This document shows positions 36,443-39,008 of a stretch of 39,008 nt of DNA, in pieces. Every line of letters starts with the position of its first letter. The first letter of the stretch is position 1. This DNA comes from Xylographa opegraphella (Eukaryota): the NCBI GenBank assembly GCA_022813865.1, contig JALDZX010000103.1, positions 1-39,008 of the forward strand, given 5' to 3'. A program made the position numbers and the translations under genes. The notes under the pieces are model-generated. The model did not search any database. It worked only from the letters and a program-made list of their open reading frames with translations, and was not told the origin of the DNA.

Positions 36443-38947
36443 GGGTCCAGCGTGAGGCGCCCTCTCGCTAAATATGCAGCGTAGTATAGCCACAGCCCAA
36501 AAAAAAAATTTAATATCTGCAGGATTTAAACCAATAGCTTAATTTTTAACTCGTAATATAATATGCGTATTCGCTATTTCTAACCTAGTTTTACTAAAAC
36601 TTAATTATTATTAAATTAAATAAAATTACTAAATTACTCGAGCGTTTGTTAATTCGAGATTAAAGTTTAAAATATATAAATATATTATTATTAAATAACG
36701 TTAAAAGTATAATAATATAAAAATTTCAGTATATAACTCTGGAACCACAGTTTTTATATATAAATATAAAAAAATTCGAGAAAAAAATTTAAAATTAAAG
36801 GCAATTGAGTTTAAATTTCTTACGCGTAGAACTTTTATTAATATTAAATTAATAAAATTTATATTTAAAATACGTAAAAATAAAATATAATAATAAATTT
36901 TAAACGATGTAAATTACGTATATAAAATATAATAATAAAGATATTAAACTATATATAAATAAAAGAATTATAATAAAATCAATTTCGCTCGAAATTTTAT
37001 TCAAGCGTTCGAATTTAATATCGCGAGTTTTTAAATTAATCTTATTATTATTATAATAACGATTTTAATATTATTAAAATATTTTTTATAATAAAATATT
37101 TTTTTATTTTAACTTGTTTGCTGTCGTTATTCTTTTATTATTTTTATTATTTATTATTTAAACACTTATTGCGTTGCCTTTAATATTGAATATTATAATA
37201 TATTATAATATATTATAATATATTAAATAATATTAAAAAAAAATTATTATTTTTTGCGGAAATTTTTTTATTTACTCGCAGTAACTATTTTCTTTTTTTA
37301 TTAATATTAATTAATAATTATATAAATTATTAACAAATCTTGATTATCTCGCTCGGCGATGGCCGCAAACAATTTTTTTTTAAAATCAACTTTCGGATCG
37401 ATTTATCAGCCGATTTATTAATATATAGAATTTTTCGAAAATTTCGAAAAAATTAATATTATTATAATAATAAAAAAAAGTTTTTCAAAATTATGAAATT
37501 TTAATATTAAAAAAAGGCGTTAGAAATTTTAATTAATAAATTTTTCCAAAAAGTATTTTGCTAAATAAAGCCCAAGTCTCGAGGCGATTTAAAATATTAA
37601 ATATTTACTAATAAAATACTAATATAATTTAATTTTTTTATTTGATAAAGGGCATTTACTCGAATTATATAATTCAATCGCGTTTATATATAATTTATAA
37701 AAATCGTAATAAATACGCTAGTTATATAATTTAAAGTATTAATTTTGCGATTAAATCAATATAAAAATTAACAGTTTTATCATATTTTTATAGTAAATAT
37801 TTTCCGTTTTATAATTTATTATATTATTTATTAATATCTAATTAAATTATTCGTTTTTATATATCGCAGGCCGCGATAATTTAAATAGTTTTTGCTGCGA
37901 AAATTTTTACTTTTTATGATAATAAGCGTCATTTAACGTTTTTTAATTAAACGTTTACGTAAATATTTTCTCGAATCTTTTTGAATAATAAAACGTTAAT
38001 CAACATTAAAAATAAAAATTTAATAAAAATATTAACGAAAATAAAGACAAGCGTTAATCCCGCAATTTTATTATAAATTGTAATAAATAATATTATTAAA
38101 CTGCGCGAATGAGTTTATTTCCTTATAATATCGCTTATTTTTTATTTAATAAAAAAAACAGCGAAGCGAAAAAAAAGATTAAAAAAGGAGGGGAAAAAGG
38201 GGGGGAAAAGGGAAAGGGAGAAAGAGGGGGGGGGGGGAAGAGGGGGAAAACCGGGGCGATTTTGGCGAGTAAAAAAAGGGGGGAGGGGGAATAAAACGAA
38301 TAAAAACGTAACTGCCGCCCTGGCGATAACAGAAAAAATCTTTGACTTTTAAATTAATAAAATTAATAATAACATTAATAATAACATTAATAATAACATT
38401 AATAATAACATTAATAATAACATTAATAATAACATTAATAATAACATTAATAATAACATTAATAATAACATTAATAATAACATTAATAATAACATTAATA
38501 ATAACATTAATAATAACATTAATAATAACATTAATAATAACATTAATAATAACATTAATAATAACATTAATAATAACATTAANNNNNNNNNNNNNNNNNN
38601 NNTTAATAATAACATTAATAATAACATTAATAATAACATTAATAATAACATTAATAATAACATTAAAATTATTAATAAAAATGAAAATGAAAATGAACGT
38701 GAAAAAGAACAAGAAAATGAACATGAAAAAGAACATGAACGTGAAAAAGAACAAGAAAATGAACATGAAAAAGAACATGAAAATGAAAATTAACATGAAA
38801 ATTAACATGAAAATTAACATGAAAATTAACATGAAAATTAACATGAAAATTAACATTAAAATTAACATGAATATTAACATTAACATCAAAATTAAAATTA
38901 AAATTATATAAATTATTTGATATTATTCGAATTCGTAGTTACGCAAG
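36443..38947. mobile_element. RIP-degraded repeat block whose left end carries the Helitron2-like hairpin terminus (minus orientation)
   Basis: rc of 36443-36482 = acgctgcatatttagcgagagggcgcctcacgctggaccc, matching 27209-27248; remainder extremely AT-rich with CpG retained. Confidence 0.6.
38363..38900. repeat. Compound minisatellite: (TTAATAATAACA)n with a 20-N gap, then ATGAAA/ATGAAC and ATTAACATGAAA variants
   Basis: 12-bp period 38363-38666 (N gap 38583-38602), 6/12-bp period to ~38900. Confidence 0.92.
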
Positions 38948-39008
38948 TGTTACAGCTCGCTATCTCACCAGAAAAGCAGGCCTAGAACCACAGCTATAGG
39001 TGAGCGAT
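38948..39008 (-). mobile_element. End of LTR family C, inverted relative to 27323-27553, truncated by the window edge
   Basis: Reverse complement of 27493-27553 with one mismatch. Confidence 0.9.

Noticed and set aside
38109..38911. ORF-track proteins of LIIT/MLIF/LLLM repeats and the G/K-rich ORF
   Set aside because: Artefacts of minisatellite and purine-tract translation across an N gap.

Overview
Fungal (Pezizomycotina) genomic DNA containing a mating-type locus of the MAT1-1 type with its conserved flanks. Gene order: RIM4-like 3xRRM gene(-), CIA30(+), APC5(+), COX13(-), APN2(+), a 7-exon orphan auxiliary MAT1-1 gene(+), MAT1-1-1 alpha-box(+), SLA2(-), a 5.7-kb RIP-mutated nested transposon block, NVJ2-like PH/SMP gene(-), REV3(-). 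AT-rich RIP-decayed repeats occupy both window ends. No HMG-box MAT1-2-1 is visible, which fits a heterothallic MAT1-1 strain; the architecture resembles lichen-forming Lecanoromycetes or Eurotiomycetes (inference). Main observations: (i) MAT1-1-1 has an apparent +1 frameshift ahead of its acidic C-terminus, and the auxiliary gene has a suspicious ATATGT where a GTATGT donor would fit, while flanking housekeeping genes read intact; (ii) a meiotic RIM4-like gene lies ~10 kb from the idiomorph; (iii) the TE block resolves by target-site duplications into a PIF/Harbinger-like shell holding four solo LTRs, a head-to-tail Helitron2/HINE-like array and an hAT-like foldback element. All exon models were derived by eye.
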